Shown: positions 7,483 through 17,113, counted from the stretch's first letter. The stretch is 32,000 nucleotides of DNA from Candidatus Omnitrophota bacterium (GCA_023818895.1 JAMWCX010000001.1:599789-631788), one strand, 5' to 3'. Made by a program: numbers and translations. Notes: a model not told the origin generated them from the letters alone.

Positions 7483-8619
7483 CTACTGCTTGAGGCATTT
7501 GCTGCGCAGGGTTGCCTGATATAGAATTTTGCCAAATATCTCGTTACCTTTACGGTTGAAGTGATAATCATAATCATAATAGAGGGCTGAATCCGCATCA
7601 GGATATTCCCTAATAGAACTAACATCAACAAATTCTACGTCCTCTTCCGCGCAAAGGCTTCGTAAGATATTTGTGATTTCGGCGAGCCTATCCTTACCAC
7701 CTGAATAAAACCTTTTAGACGCAACATACCATTTATCGGGAACAAAGAAAAGAGCGGCCACCATGCCCTGCTTTCTCGCAAGACGTGAATACTCACCAAG
7801 ATTCTTTCGCAAGAACTCAAGAAGACGGATATCAGAGAACTCGTCATTAAGAGTGCAGGGAGTGTCGCAAGAGCTTATTAGCCCCAACTTGAGGGCCAGT
7901 TCTGAAAGCGTTTTGTTTCTTTTGACCTTATCAATTATGAAACCGTAACTTAAAAGATGGTAGCGAAGATAATCTTTAAGCTCTATGAAAAAATGCCTTT
8001 TTATCTTTTCCGCGGCTTTTATTTTCAGCCCCGGAAGCCCCATTTCAACAGCAGATTTAGCTAACCCCTCGTCTTCCAAGCTTTCCAAGATATCACCGCC
8101 ATGTAATCCCATCATTATCACATCCGCTTTATATATGCCGGCCAGTTCCTTCGCCAGCTCGATATAATCAACCAATGAATTAGCCGGGATACCGGCATTT
8201 ATGACCTCGTATTTACCTTCGCTGGCAAGTTCTTTTTCAAATACCTTGGGATAGGTCTGGTCATTTTCCACGCCGTGCCCGAAGGTAAAAGAATCTCCCA
8301 ATATTATGATGCGTTTTGTTTGCGGCGGCACATCAAAGGTAAAGTCCCTGTCACGGAACCCTTTACTGTTGGACTTTATGAGGTATGAAAACTCCCTTCC
8401 TTTCACACGGTATTGTCTGTTAGGCAAAAGCCTGTAGCCTTTTCCGCTCGGAGCGCGCGCAAATATATCTTTAGAAAGATATATAGTCCTTTTCTCATCG
8501 CGATGGACCCTGAAACGTAGATACAATTCCAGTCCTGTTAAAAATAAGGCCATGGAAAGTACGACAGAAGCAAGGAATGTTGCGATGGCGAAGATCGAAT
8601 TCTTACTCTTTGCTGCCAT
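7483..8619 (-). CDS. Membrane-anchored SGNH/GDSL-family protein (paralog 2 of 3)
   Basis: 378 aa. There is an N-terminal TM helix (IFAIATFLASVVLSMALFLTGL). Block I is the canonical IIILGDSFTFG and block II is NAGIPANS. Block III is divergent (MGLHGGD, no Asn). The C-terminal DYDYHF stands in place of DxxH. Confidence 0.75.
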   Translation of the reverse strand: MAAKSKNSIFAIATFLASVVLSMALFLTGLELYLRFRVHRDEKRTIYLSKDIFARAPSGKGYRLLPNRQYRVKGREFSYLIKSNSKGFRDRDFTFDVPPQTKRIIILGDSFTFGHGVENDQTYPKVFEKELASEGKYEVINAGIPANSLVDYIELAKELAGIYKADVIMMGLHGGDILESLEDEGLAKSAVEMGLPGLKIKAAEKIKRHFFIELKDYLRYHLLSYGFIIDKVKRNKTLSELALKLGLISSCDTPCTLNDEFSDIRLLEFLRKNLGEYSRLARKQGMVAALFFVPDKWYVASKRFYSGGKDRLAEITNILRSLCAEEDVEFVDVSSIREYPDADSALYYDYDYHFNRKGNEIFGKILYQATLRSKCLKQ

Positions 8620-9754
8620 ATAAGTTTTCTTTTGCGAAAGGAAAGCCTTTTATCGCCTCAAATATGGCCGAGGCGATTATCGCTTGCCCTCTATCGCCTA
8701 CATGGACAGCGTCAAAAAATATAGTATCGGGATAAGGATCATAAAGAGCCATAAAATCCAGGAAAGCGAACTTATCTGACTTGGCCATCTCAGCGAGGCG
8801 TTCCCTTGCGTTTATAAACATGGGTTTTACGATGGGCTGAAGAGCCGGCGGTTCTGAAGCCAGGATGTATTTTTCGTCCTCCGATGGATCTTTTTTAAAA
8901 TAAAGGTTTGGCTGCAGTATAACGACGGGCTCTATTCCTAAACCGCGCAGTATCCTTACCATCTTTCTTATGTTGCTAAGGTAGGCATCGACGCCCGCCG
9001 GATTTGAGGAGAGTTTATTAATAGATTCCGCCTTCCTTTTTTCTTCCAGCCTATTCATAATAAGCTTGGTAAGTCTAAAATTCTTCAATCGCTTGTTCAG
9101 GAAAAGCTTGGTCGGCGAAACCTTAAGGGCTTTTTCAATCATCTCAAACCGCCATGGATAGTTTGGCCGCCTGTCGTTTATTACAGAGCCGACTATGTCA
9201 TTGAATCCATCAAAGATTACCACCATATCCGGTTTAAGGTCGATAAGCTCGGTAACTATAAGAACGAGCTCCTGGGCAGAAATCGCCGAGGCAAGCCCGG
9301 CGTTTATCACCTCGAACTTTTTGTTCCTGGATTCGGTGTTTAGCAACTTCTCAAGAACTCTGGGAAATGCTGTTTCGTCGCTTGATGAACCGTATCCCAT
9401 CGCACCGCTTCCTCCGACAATGATTATCCTGAAGGTGCCTTCTGGCTTTTCTTTTGACACCTCAGCGCCGCGAAAACCGAAAGAATTTATATTGATCGTG
9501 TGCGAATGAAAATTCGGCTTCATGCGAAAAGCAAGATACGGAACGACCACAAGGTCTGTTGCAGCCCTATACTCAGCTATCTGCTGGGGTGAGAGCATTG
9601 CTGAGATGGCCTTATTTTCTTTGTTCTCCCTGGCTTTCTCCGCAATCTTTTCGAACACTTTAAGGCATCTGTCCAGAAGCATAAAGAACAGCACAACAAC
9701 AACGAACGCGAATAGTATCTTTTTGCTTAAGGTGAGGCTTTTCTTTTGCGTCAT
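8603..9754 (-). CDS. Membrane-anchored SGNH/GDSL-family protein (paralog 3 of 3)
   Basis: 383 aa. There is an N-terminal TM helix (ILFAFVVVVLFFMLL). The blocks are IIIVGGSGAMG (I), NAGLASA (II), FDGFNDI (III) and FDAVHVG (V, DxxH). A GGAGG Shine-Dalgarno sequence lies 8 nt upstream of the ATG. The gene overlaps the downstream paralog by 17 nt. Confidence 0.8.
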   Translation of the reverse strand: MTQKKSLTLSKKILFAFVVVVLFFMLLDRCLKVFEKIAEKARENKENKAISAMLSPQQIAEYRAATDLVVVPYLAFRMKPNFHSHTININSFGFRGAEVSKEKPEGTFRIIIVGGSGAMGYGSSSDETAFPRVLEKLLNTESRNKKFEVINAGLASAISAQELVLIVTELIDLKPDMVVIFDGFNDIVGSVINDRRPNYPWRFEMIEKALKVSPTKLFLNKRLKNFRLTKLIMNRLEEKRKAESINKLSSNPAGVDAYLSNIRKMVRILRGLGIEPVVILQPNLYFKKDPSEDEKYILASEPPALQPIVKPMFINARERLAEMAKSDKFAFLDFMALYDPYPDTIFFDAVHVGDRGQAIIASAIFEAIKGFPFAKENLYGSKE

Positions 9755-9759
9755 GCCGG

Positions 9760-10593
9760 CTACCTCCAGAACGGAAGCGGTTTGTTGAAACGAGGCGAGG
9801 CCGGGAAACCCATGAGGGCAGCTCGGGTCCGCAAGGTAAGATAACGCGCCAACCGCCCTATTCCCTCTTTCCCGCTCAAACCGATACCGCCTTTAAGCTC
9901 TTTCCACATCGTTTTTGCCCGCTCTCCGACTATAACGCGCGAAGAATCCATGGTTGGGCGCGATGCCGTCATACTGGTCCTGCGCACCCGTACGATGGCA
10001 AGCTCCTCATCGAGGCAGAGGAAACGACGACCCGCAAACGCCAGTTTAAGAAAAAAATCCCAATCCTCATGGCTCTCAAGCGATGTGTCAAACCTCAGGC
10101 TGTCAAGACAGACGCGCCGCAAAATTACCGTTGAAACATGTATAAAATTACTTCTCTTCAAGAAAAACAAAAGGTCTCCGGAAAGCCGGGCATATGTGGA
10201 AGGAAAAGTCTCTTCTTTCTTGCCGTCGTAAAAATACCGCCAGCCGCTATAAATAACATCATAACCAGGATGTTTTTGGAACGCTCGCACTTGTCGCTCT
10301 ATCTTGTCCGGCAAAAACATATCGTCCGCGTCAAGAAAAGCTATGTACTCGCCTGTCGCCTCTTCCAACCCTCTGTTGCGACTGGCTGGAAGCCCCGCGT
10401 GTCTCTGTATTATACATCTTAACTTACCTTCTCCGCTGTAACGCTCTAAGACTCCTGAAGTTTCGTCTGTAGAACCATCATCGATGATGATAATCTCGAT
10501 ATCTCCAAAGGTCTGCGACAAAACACTATCAACAGCCTCCGCGATATAGTGGGCGCAGTTATATGTTGGTATTATGACGCTCACCGCCGGCAT
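9760..10593 (-). CDS. Glycosyltransferase family 2
   Basis: 277 aa. The sequence VSVIIPTYNCAHYIAEAVDSVLSQTFGDIEIIIIDDGSTDET together with the DADD motif (FLDADDMF) is the classic GT-A/GT2 signature. The start overlaps the upstream stop (TGATG). Confidence 0.9.
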   Translation of the reverse strand: MPAVSVIIPTYNCAHYIAEAVDSVLSQTFGDIEIIIIDDGSTDETSGVLERYSGEGKLRCIIQRHAGLPASRNRGLEEATGEYIAFLDADDMFLPDKIERQVRAFQKHPGYDVIYSGWRYFYDGKKEETFPSTYARLSGDLLFFLKRSNFIHVSTVILRRVCLDSLRFDTSLESHEDWDFFLKLAFAGRRFLCLDEELAIVRVRRTSMTASRPTMDSSRVIVGERAKTMWKELKGGIGLSGKEGIGRLARYLTLRTRAALMGFPASPRFNKPLPFWR

Positions 10594-12002
10594 CAGATAC
10601 GCCCTTCCTTTATCATCCTAAGCAGGTCCAGTTTATGTCTTCCTGGATACCTGCCTACCAAATCCCTGAACATACGCAGGAATCGCCTGTTATGCCTGTT
10701 AAACAACGCCTTATCCATCCGCTCCATGATCTTCGTTCTTAACGGCAGCTTCCGAGACTCAGCAACAGCGGTTTTGAGGAACGCATAATCGACGCCTTTT
10801 ATCTTCGGCTTGTCCTCTTCCGGTATAGGCACGACGTCCTCATGGTCGTCGATAAGCGAAAGGTTCTTCTCCTTGCAGTAATCATATAAATAGCTTCCCG
10901 GATGAGGAGTGAAGAAAGCGGCGCTCGCCCTGTACGGCTTTATCTTCTTTATCATCCTCACCGTATCCCACGCCTCAGCGTTCGTTTCCGTCGGAAGGCC
11001 GAGCATGTAATTGGCAAATATCCTGATGCCGTTTGAGTGGCATATCCTAGCGGCTTCAAGGTTCTGTTTTAATGTGACTCCCTTTGATATAAACCTAAGG
11101 ACTCGATCATTGCCGCTTTCAAACCCTATCTGGGCCATCCTAAGGCCAACATGGGCAAGCTTACGTATCATATCAGGGTGCCTGCAGATGATGTCAGCCC
11201 GCGTCTGGCATATGAAGGGCAGCCTAAAACCGGCTTGCCTGTAGGCATCGCAAAACTCCATAACCCATTTTTCGTCCTCCGTAAAGCAGTCGTCATGGAA
11301 CATGAAACTTTTCATTCCGTAAATATTCTCAAGTTCTTTAAGCTCCGCCATGACAGAGGCTATGCTCCTGCGTCTAGAACCCTTGCCATGAACCATCTTG
11401 CTTGCAGGGGCGCAGAATCGGCAGTTATAACTGCAGCCACGTCCGGCCATGATGGTGAAAAAAGGCATCGGCATGAAGAAATCCCACGGGGACTCAAGAC
11501 AGTCAAAAAGATACCTGTCGATATAGGGAAGCTCGTCCATCGGCATTTGCTCGCCAAAGATAACTTTCTGGGCCTTCTTACCGCTTTTTATACTCTCCAA
11601 GAGAGATACAAAGGCCTTTTCCCCCTCGCAACGTACTATGTAGTCAATCTTGGGATTAGACGTAAGTTCTTCTGGGGCTATTGTGGGATGAATACCCCCT
11701 ACTATGATAACGGCCCGTGGATTTACTTCTTTTATTATATCAACCGCCTTAATCGCATAAGGAAAATCTGGGCTCATGATGGTAATAGCGGCTACCTCGA
11801 TCTTTTTTGATTCGACCTCGCGGCGGAAATGATCCCATCCGCTCAGTATGCTTAAGTCTATTAACTCTGTCGCAAAACCTGCCATCTTTGCACAGGCTGA
11901 TAGATAGCAAAGGCCATGGTGGATGTTCCTGAGCAGTGTTTCCCCGCTGGATGCCTTAAAGCCAGATAGCGCTATGGAAGGATAGATGAAAGTTACTTTC
12001 AT
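10593..12002 (-). CDS. B12-binding-domain radical SAM enzyme (class B-like)
   Basis: 469 aa. The N-terminal part is Rossmann-like and cobalamin-binding-like (VAAITIMSP...AVIIVGGIHPT). It is followed by the radical SAM motif GRGCSYNCRFC (CX3CX2C). Confidence 0.85.
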   Translation of the reverse strand: MKVTFIYPSIALSGFKASSGETLLRNIHHGLCYLSACAKMAGFATELIDLSILSGWDHFRREVESKKIEVAAITIMSPDFPYAIKAVDIIKEVNPRAVIIVGGIHPTIAPEELTSNPKIDYIVRCEGEKAFVSLLESIKSGKKAQKVIFGEQMPMDELPYIDRYLFDCLESPWDFFMPMPFFTIMAGRGCSYNCRFCAPASKMVHGKGSRRRSIASVMAELKELENIYGMKSFMFHDDCFTEDEKWVMEFCDAYRQAGFRLPFICQTRADIICRHPDMIRKLAHVGLRMAQIGFESGNDRVLRFISKGVTLKQNLEAARICHSNGIRIFANYMLGLPTETNAEAWDTVRMIKKIKPYRASAAFFTPHPGSYLYDYCKEKNLSLIDDHEDVVPIPEEDKPKIKGVDYAFLKTAVAESRKLPLRTKIMERMDKALFNRHNRRFLRMFRDLVGRYPGRHKLDLLRMIKEGRI

Positions 12003-12006
12003 GTCT

Positions 12007-12948
12007 TTATCTGACGGCTGACCTGAAGTATGCTATAGTCCGGTTAAGACCAGACTCGAGGGCAACTTTTGGAGCCCACTTAAGAGCCTTTTTGGCCATA
12101 GAAATATCGGGGCATCTGACCTTAGGATCGTCAACGGGCAGTTCCTTAAATATGACTTTGCTTTTGGAACCTGATATCCTTATCACCGTCCTAGCCAATC
12201 CCAAAAGCGTCATCTCGTGCGGATTTCCGATATTGACCGGTTCAGTAATACCGGAATTTATAAGTTTATATATTCCATCCACCATGTCTGATATATAACA
12301 GAAACTTCTTGTCTGCCTGCCAGTTCCATAAACGGTAATGGGGCGATTCTTAAGCGCCTGACTTATGAAATTAGGTATAGCCCTGCCGTCATGCTCACGC
12401 ATCCGAGGGCCATATGTGTTAAATATACGCACTATCCGCGTATCAACCTTGTGGTAGCGATGATAGGCCATCGTCATAGCCTCGGCAAAACGTTTCGCCT
12501 CATCATAAACGCCGCGGGGGCCTATAGGGTTAACGTTGCCCCAGTAACTTTCAGGCTGAGGATTGACTAGAGGGTCGCCATAGACTTCGCTTGTTGAGGC
12601 AAGAAGGAACGTGGCTTTCTTCTTCATGGCAAGGCCAAGGGCGTTATGAGTCCCTAACGACCCTACCTTGAGCGTCTGTATGGGGTATTTCAGATAATCG
12701 GCGGGGCTTGCGGGCGATGCAAAGTGAAGTATATAGTCAAGACCACATTTTATGTCTATGTACTTGGTTACATTATGCTCCAAGAACTCGAAATTCTTAT
12801 TTTTAAGATTATGGGCAATGTTCTCTATCTTGCCTGTTATAAGGTTATCCATGCAGATAACCTTGCACCCTTTTTCTAGAAAAAGGTCGCAGAGATGAGA
12901 ACCTATAAAGCCGGCGCCGCCGGTAATCAAAACGGTTTTTTCGCGCAT
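12007..12948 (-). CDS. uxs: UDP-glucuronate decarboxylase (UDP-xylose synthase)
   Basis: There is strong by-eye similarity to UXS1-type SDR enzymes: [60 protein letters not shown] and [10 protein letters not shown]. The track start is 12966. I prefer the ATG at 12948 (MREKTV...), which has an AGGAG sequence 6 nt upstream. Confidence 0.9.
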   Translation of the reverse strand: MREKTVLITGGAGFIGSHLCDLFLEKGCKVICMDNLITGKIENIAHNLKNKNFEFLEHNVTKYIDIKCGLDYILHFASPASPADYLKYPIQTLKVGSLGTHNALGLAMKKKATFLLASTSEVYGDPLVNPQPESYWGNVNPIGPRGVYDEAKRFAEAMTMAYHRYHKVDTRIVRIFNTYGPRMREHDGRAIPNFISQALKNRPITVYGTGRQTRSFCYISDMVDGIYKLINSGITEPVNIGNPHEMTLLGLARTVIRISGSKSKVIFKELPVDDPKVRCPDISMAKKALKWAPKVALESGLNRTIAYFRSAVR

Positions 12949-13913
12949 CGCCTGCTCCTGAACCATTCAACCGTACGCTCCAGTCCCTCGGTAAAACCGA
13001 CTGTCTTTTTCATCTTAAGGAGCCTTCTCATTTTGCTCACATCGGCGCGAGTTTTTCGGACGTCGCCCTTCCTCTTTGGCGCGAAAACAGGCTTTATATC
13101 TGTTCCAAGTATCCTGTTTAGTTCCTTTACTATGTCGATAATCGATATCGTGGAGCCACATGCCACATTGAATACCTCGCCCGATATACCAGGCATAACA
13201 CATGCCCTAAGGTTCGCCTCAACCACATTACCCACATACGTAAAGTCCCTTGACTGTCTCCCATCCCATTCAACGATGGGGCTTTTGCCCTCCATCATTC
13301 TGAATAAAAAAGCTGGTATTACAGCGGAGTATTTGGATTCGGGGTTCTGTCGCGGGCCGAAGACATTGAAATATCTAAGCGAGACCGTCTCCAGGCCGAA
13401 CGTCTTCGCAAAAGTAATGCAATAGTTCTCCGCGGCGAGCTTAGATACGCCGTAAGGAGATATTGGCTTGGGCAGATCTGTTTCCCTCTGAGGAAAGCTT
13501 TTGGCGTCGCCATAAGCAGAACTCGATGAGGCGTAGACGACCCTCTTAACGCCGGCCTTCTTCGCCGCCATCAAAAGATTCAATGTCCCAAAAACATTTA
13601 TGTCATTTGTAGTAAAAGGGTCTTCAACCGATTTCGGGACGGAACGCAAAGCGGCCTGGTGTATCACATAATCAATCCCTTTCATTGCCCTGGCCAGCGT
13701 TTTAGCGCTCCGGATATCGCCCTTTATAAATTCCACTTGCCCAAGGAAAGGCTTAAGATTCTCCAGCTTGCCGGTAATCAGATTGTCGATAACTCTGACC
13801 CTATTGACCTTAAGAGCAATTCCATTTTCTGACAGATCTTTCTTTCTTACAAGCTCCTCGACAATATTTGAACCTATAAAGCCGGCGCCGCCGGTAACAA
13901 GATAGTTTGCCAT
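12927..13913 (-). CDS. NAD-dependent nucleotide-sugar 4-epimerase, WbpP/TviC-like
   Basis: 328 aa. Motifs shared with WbpP/TviC as I recall them are [63 protein letters not shown] and [12 protein letters not shown]. Confidence 0.8.
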   Translation of the reverse strand: MANYLVTGGAGFIGSNIVEELVRKKDLSENGIALKVNRVRVIDNLITGKLENLKPFLGQVEFIKGDIRSAKTLARAMKGIDYVIHQAALRSVPKSVEDPFTTNDINVFGTLNLLMAAKKAGVKRVVYASSSSAYGDAKSFPQRETDLPKPISPYGVSKLAAENYCITFAKTFGLETVSLRYFNVFGPRQNPESKYSAVIPAFLFRMMEGKSPIVEWDGRQSRDFTYVGNVVEANLRACVMPGISGEVFNVACGSTISIIDIVKELNRILGTDIKPVFAPKRKGDVRKTRADVSKMRRLLKMKKTVGFTEGLERTVEWFRSRRCAKKPF

Positions 13914-13916
13914 AAG

Positions 13917-15221
13917 TTATAGCCTGATTATGTTCTTTCTTTCTTTAATGCCTTTAAGCACGTTGCGTGTATCTATTATGAGCTTCGAATTGGCAACAAT
14001 TGTATCGTAATCTACGCTGCTGTGGTCTGTGACTATCAGCACGCAATCTGAATTTTTGAAGGTATCCGCAGAAAATTTGGCGCAGGTAAGATTTATATTG
14101 TTTATCTTCAAGTATGGAAACAGGGGGTCATAGTAAGAAACATGCGATCCTTTCCGCATCAGTATATCAATCACTTCCAATGCCGGCGATTCTCTAAGAT
14201 CTTTCACATCTTTTTTATATGCCACCCCAACGACGATTACCTTCGAGCCTTTGAGCGCTTTTCCGCGATCATTAAGGCCTTCGATCACTTTTGTGATCAC
14301 GTAATGCGGCATCTGCGAATTCACGTAAGACGCCAAGTCAATAAAACGCGCCTCGAAACCATGCACCCTCGCCTTCCACGAAAGATATATCGGGTCAACC
14401 GGTATGCAGTGACCTCCGACACCCGGGCCGGGATAGAACGGCATGAATCCGTAAGGTTTGGTCTTCGCGGCGTCTATGACTTCCCAGACATCTACGCCAA
14501 GCCTGTCACACATGAGCATTATCTCGTTTACAAGACCGATATTGACGATCCGGAACGTATTCTCAAGGAGCTTCACCATCTCAGCGACTTTCGCCGATGA
14601 TACAGGCACTATCGTATCTATCGCCTGTTCATAAAGAAGCTTGGCGATCTCCGTTGAATGAGCGGATATCCCTCCTATTATCTTCGGCGTATTCTTGGTA
14701 TCATACTTTGGATTGCCGGGATCGACCCTTTCGGGCGAGAAAGCCAGATAAAAATCCCTCCCCTCCTTCATGCCGTCTTTCTCGAGTATGGGAAGCATCA
14801 CCTCCTCTGTTGTTCCTGGATACGTTGTTGATTCGAGAACGACGATCTGGCCGCGCTTCATGTGCCGCTTGATATTTTTTACGGCGGATACGATATAGGA
14901 GACATCGGGTTCTCTTGTTTTGTGTAGCGGCGTGGGCACGCATATGATAACAGCGTCGAGGCTTTTTATCACGCTAAAATCGGTGGTTACCCAAAGTGAT
15001 TTCGACCTTTTGACAAGGGCTATATCCGATTTTGGCACATCGAGTATATATGATTCGCCCCTTTTTATCCTCTTCACACGATCCTCATCGATATCTATGC
15101 CCCACACATGAAACCCGCTTTTGGCAAACGTGATCGCAAGCGGAAGCCCTACATAACCAAGTCCTATAATACCTATTCTTGCCTTTTTGCTTGATATCTT
15201 TTTCTTTAGTTCACTTATCAT
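13917..15221 (-). CDS. Nucleotide-sugar 6-dehydrogenase, UDP-GlcNAc (WbpO/TviB) or UDP-ManNAc (WecC) dehydrogenase family
   Basis: 434 aa. The N-terminal NAD fold reads ARIGIIGLGYVGLPLAITFA. A catalytic-Cys context is present (GPGVGGHCIPVDP). It lies directly upstream of the WbpP/TviC-like epimerase, as in the wbpO-wbpP and tviB-tviC pairs. Confidence 0.85.
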   Translation of the reverse strand: MISELKKKISSKKARIGIIGLGYVGLPLAITFAKSGFHVWGIDIDEDRVKRIKRGESYILDVPKSDIALVKRSKSLWVTTDFSVIKSLDAVIICVPTPLHKTREPDVSYIVSAVKNIKRHMKRGQIVVLESTTYPGTTEEVMLPILEKDGMKEGRDFYLAFSPERVDPGNPKYDTKNTPKIIGGISAHSTEIAKLLYEQAIDTIVPVSSAKVAEMVKLLENTFRIVNIGLVNEIMLMCDRLGVDVWEVIDAAKTKPYGFMPFYPGPGVGGHCIPVDPIYLSWKARVHGFEARFIDLASYVNSQMPHYVITKVIEGLNDRGKALKGSKVIVVGVAYKKDVKDLRESPALEVIDILMRKGSHVSYYDPLFPYLKINNINLTCAKFSADTFKNSDCVLIVTDHSSVDYDTIVANSKLIIDTRNVLKGIKERKNIIRL

Positions 15222-16152
15222 GTCGATCCCTTACCTTTTCCTTTCTAATACTAAGCACCATGTACTCTTTCAGCGCCTCTTTCCAACTACGCATCCTATA
15301 CCCCGTGTATTCAGCAAACTTTGAACAGTCCATGGCCGACATCGCGGGACGCCTCGCCGGCCTGTTAAGCTCTTCCGAAGATATCGGCAAAACCCGCGCC
15401 GTCGAGCCGGATAATCTTACTATCTCCCTGGCATACTCGAACCAGGAAACGCTTCCTGAGTTAGATACGTGATAAATGCCGTAACCATTCAGCCGCGATT
15501 CGCTGTTCGTCAGTTTTTTGAGCAACGCATGCATGGCACAGGCCAAATCCACCGTATATGTCGGCGACCCTACCTGGTCATCCACTACCTTTAGGACCTT
15601 TTCGGCCCTGGCCTTCGCGGCTATCGTATCCACAAAATTCTTGCCGTTCTTACCGTATAACCAGCTTGTCCGGATAATATAGTGCTTTTTGACATTCTCT
15701 CGGACAGCGATTTCTCCTTTGAGTTTTGAGTCGCCATAGACGTTCAAGGGCGCCGGCTTGTCATCTTCTTTATAAGGAGAGCTCTTTTTCCCGTCGAACA
15801 CAAAATCGGTGCTTATATATATCAACGTCGCCCCCGCCGCTTCGCAGGCAAGCGCCACATTCTTAGTGCCTTCTGAGTTTATCTTATATGCCCTGTCTTT
15901 AGCGAGCTCGCAACCGTCTACATCGGTCATGGCCGCCGCATGCACAACAAAATCCGGATCAGCCTCGGCTATCACATCTTCGATGGATTCCCTCTCGGTG
16001 ATATCCTCCTTATAAAATCTCCCGATCGTCGATTGCCGATTTTCGACCAAATCAGTGCCCTCAACCTCATAGTCGGCACATAGTTCCTTCCAAAGATCAC
16101 ACCCGAGCATCCCGCTCGAACCCACGATCAATATCTTATTTCTTTTCGACAT
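15211..16152 (-). CDS. rfbD: dTDP-4-dehydrorhamnose reductase
   Basis: The RmlD-like N-terminus reads KILIVGSSGMLG, and the YGDSK catalytic region is present. The track start at 16173 is GTG. The ATG at 16152 (MSKRNKILIV) gives a standard N-terminus, but either start is possible. Confidence 0.85.
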   Translation of the reverse strand: MSKRNKILIVGSSGMLGCDLWKELCADYEVEGTDLVENRQSTIGRFYKEDITERESIEDVIAEADPDFVVHAAAMTDVDGCELAKDRAYKINSEGTKNVALACEAAGATLIYISTDFVFDGKKSSPYKEDDKPAPLNVYGDSKLKGEIAVRENVKKHYIIRTSWLYGKNGKNFVDTIAAKARAEKVLKVVDDQVGSPTYTVDLACAMHALLKKLTNSESRLNGYGIYHVSNSGSVSWFEYAREIVRLSGSTARVLPISSEELNRPARRPAMSAMDCSKFAEYTGYRMRSWKEALKEYMVLSIRKEKVRDRHDK

Positions 16153-17108
16153 GCGATCAACCGCTCGGCCCACGCCCTATTACCGGAATACCATGCGACC
16201 GTCTCTTCAAGCGCCTTTCTGAATTTATGGCGCGGCCTCCATCCTAGAGCCTTGATCTTGGTCACATCGAGAGCGTAGCGCTTGTCATGGCCGGGCCTGT
16301 CTTTTACGTATTCAATAAAGCTTTCGTCCTTGCCGAGAATTGAAAGAAGCATTCTGGTAAGTTCTATATTAGTGATACCGCCGCCAGCGCCTATATTGTA
16401 AATCTCGCCGGGCTTTCCCTTATGCATTACGACATCTATCGCCTCGCAATTGTCGATAACAAAAAGCCAGTCACGGATATTCATGCCGTCAGCATATAGA
16501 GGCACTTTTTTGCCGGCCATCAGGTTTGTGATAAAAAGAGGGATTATCTTCTCAGGATATTGATACGGTCCGAAATTATTTGAGCTGCGGGTTATTATGA
16601 CCGGCACCCCGAAAGTTACAAAGTATGACCTGGCTAAAAGGTCTGCCCCCGCCTTACTCGCGGAATAAGGGCTATTAGGCTCAAGGGGATCGGTCTCTTT
16701 GGACAAACCTTCCTCTACGCTACCATAGACTTCGTCTGTGGAAATCTGAAGGAATAGCCTCGTGCCAAACTTCCTGGCCGCTTCGAGAAGCGTATAGGTA
16801 CCGAATATGTTGGTCCTTATAAACTCCGATGGATCCTTTATGGACCTGTCGACATGAGACTCGGCCGCGAAATTTATTATCACCTCGCAATCCTTGGCAA
16901 GATTCTCCACCACAAACGAATCCGCTATATCGCCTTTTACAAACTCATAATTCTCATTATCTTCTATATCGCGGAGGTTCTCAAGATTGCCGCAATAGGT
17001 AAGCTTATCGAGATTGACAATCCTGTAATCCGGATGTTTATCGAGAAGGTATCGTATGAAATTGGAGCCGATGAATCCTGCGCCGCCGGTAACCAATATT
17101 CTTTTCAT
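16128..17108 (-). CDS. rfbB: dTDP-glucose 4,6-dehydratase
   Basis: 326 aa. The motifs are [35 protein letters not shown] and SPYSASKA. Confidence 0.92.
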   Translation of the reverse strand: MKRILVTGGAGFIGSNFIRYLLDKHPDYRIVNLDKLTYCGNLENLRDIEDNENYEFVKGDIADSFVVENLAKDCEVIINFAAESHVDRSIKDPSEFIRTNIFGTYTLLEAARKFGTRLFLQISTDEVYGSVEEGLSKETDPLEPNSPYSASKAGADLLARSYFVTFGVPVIITRSSNNFGPYQYPEKIIPLFITNLMAGKKVPLYADGMNIRDWLFVIDNCEAIDVVMHKGKPGEIYNIGAGGGITNIELTRMLLSILGKDESFIEYVKDRPGHDKRYALDVTKIKALGWRPRHKFRKALEETVAWYSGNRAWAERLIACRKEIRY

Positions 17109-17113
17109 AGCTC

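Noticed and set aside
11151-11810. A long + strand ORF (219 aa), with similar antisense ORFs at 4665-5168, 12895-13425, 18653-19132, 24353-24865 and 26713-27141
   Set aside because: Each lies wholly antisense to a gene with clear family motifs. Their translations are rich in Arg, Ser, Leu and Pro or are of low complexity, and none has a Shine-Dalgarno context. They are typical shadow ORFs.
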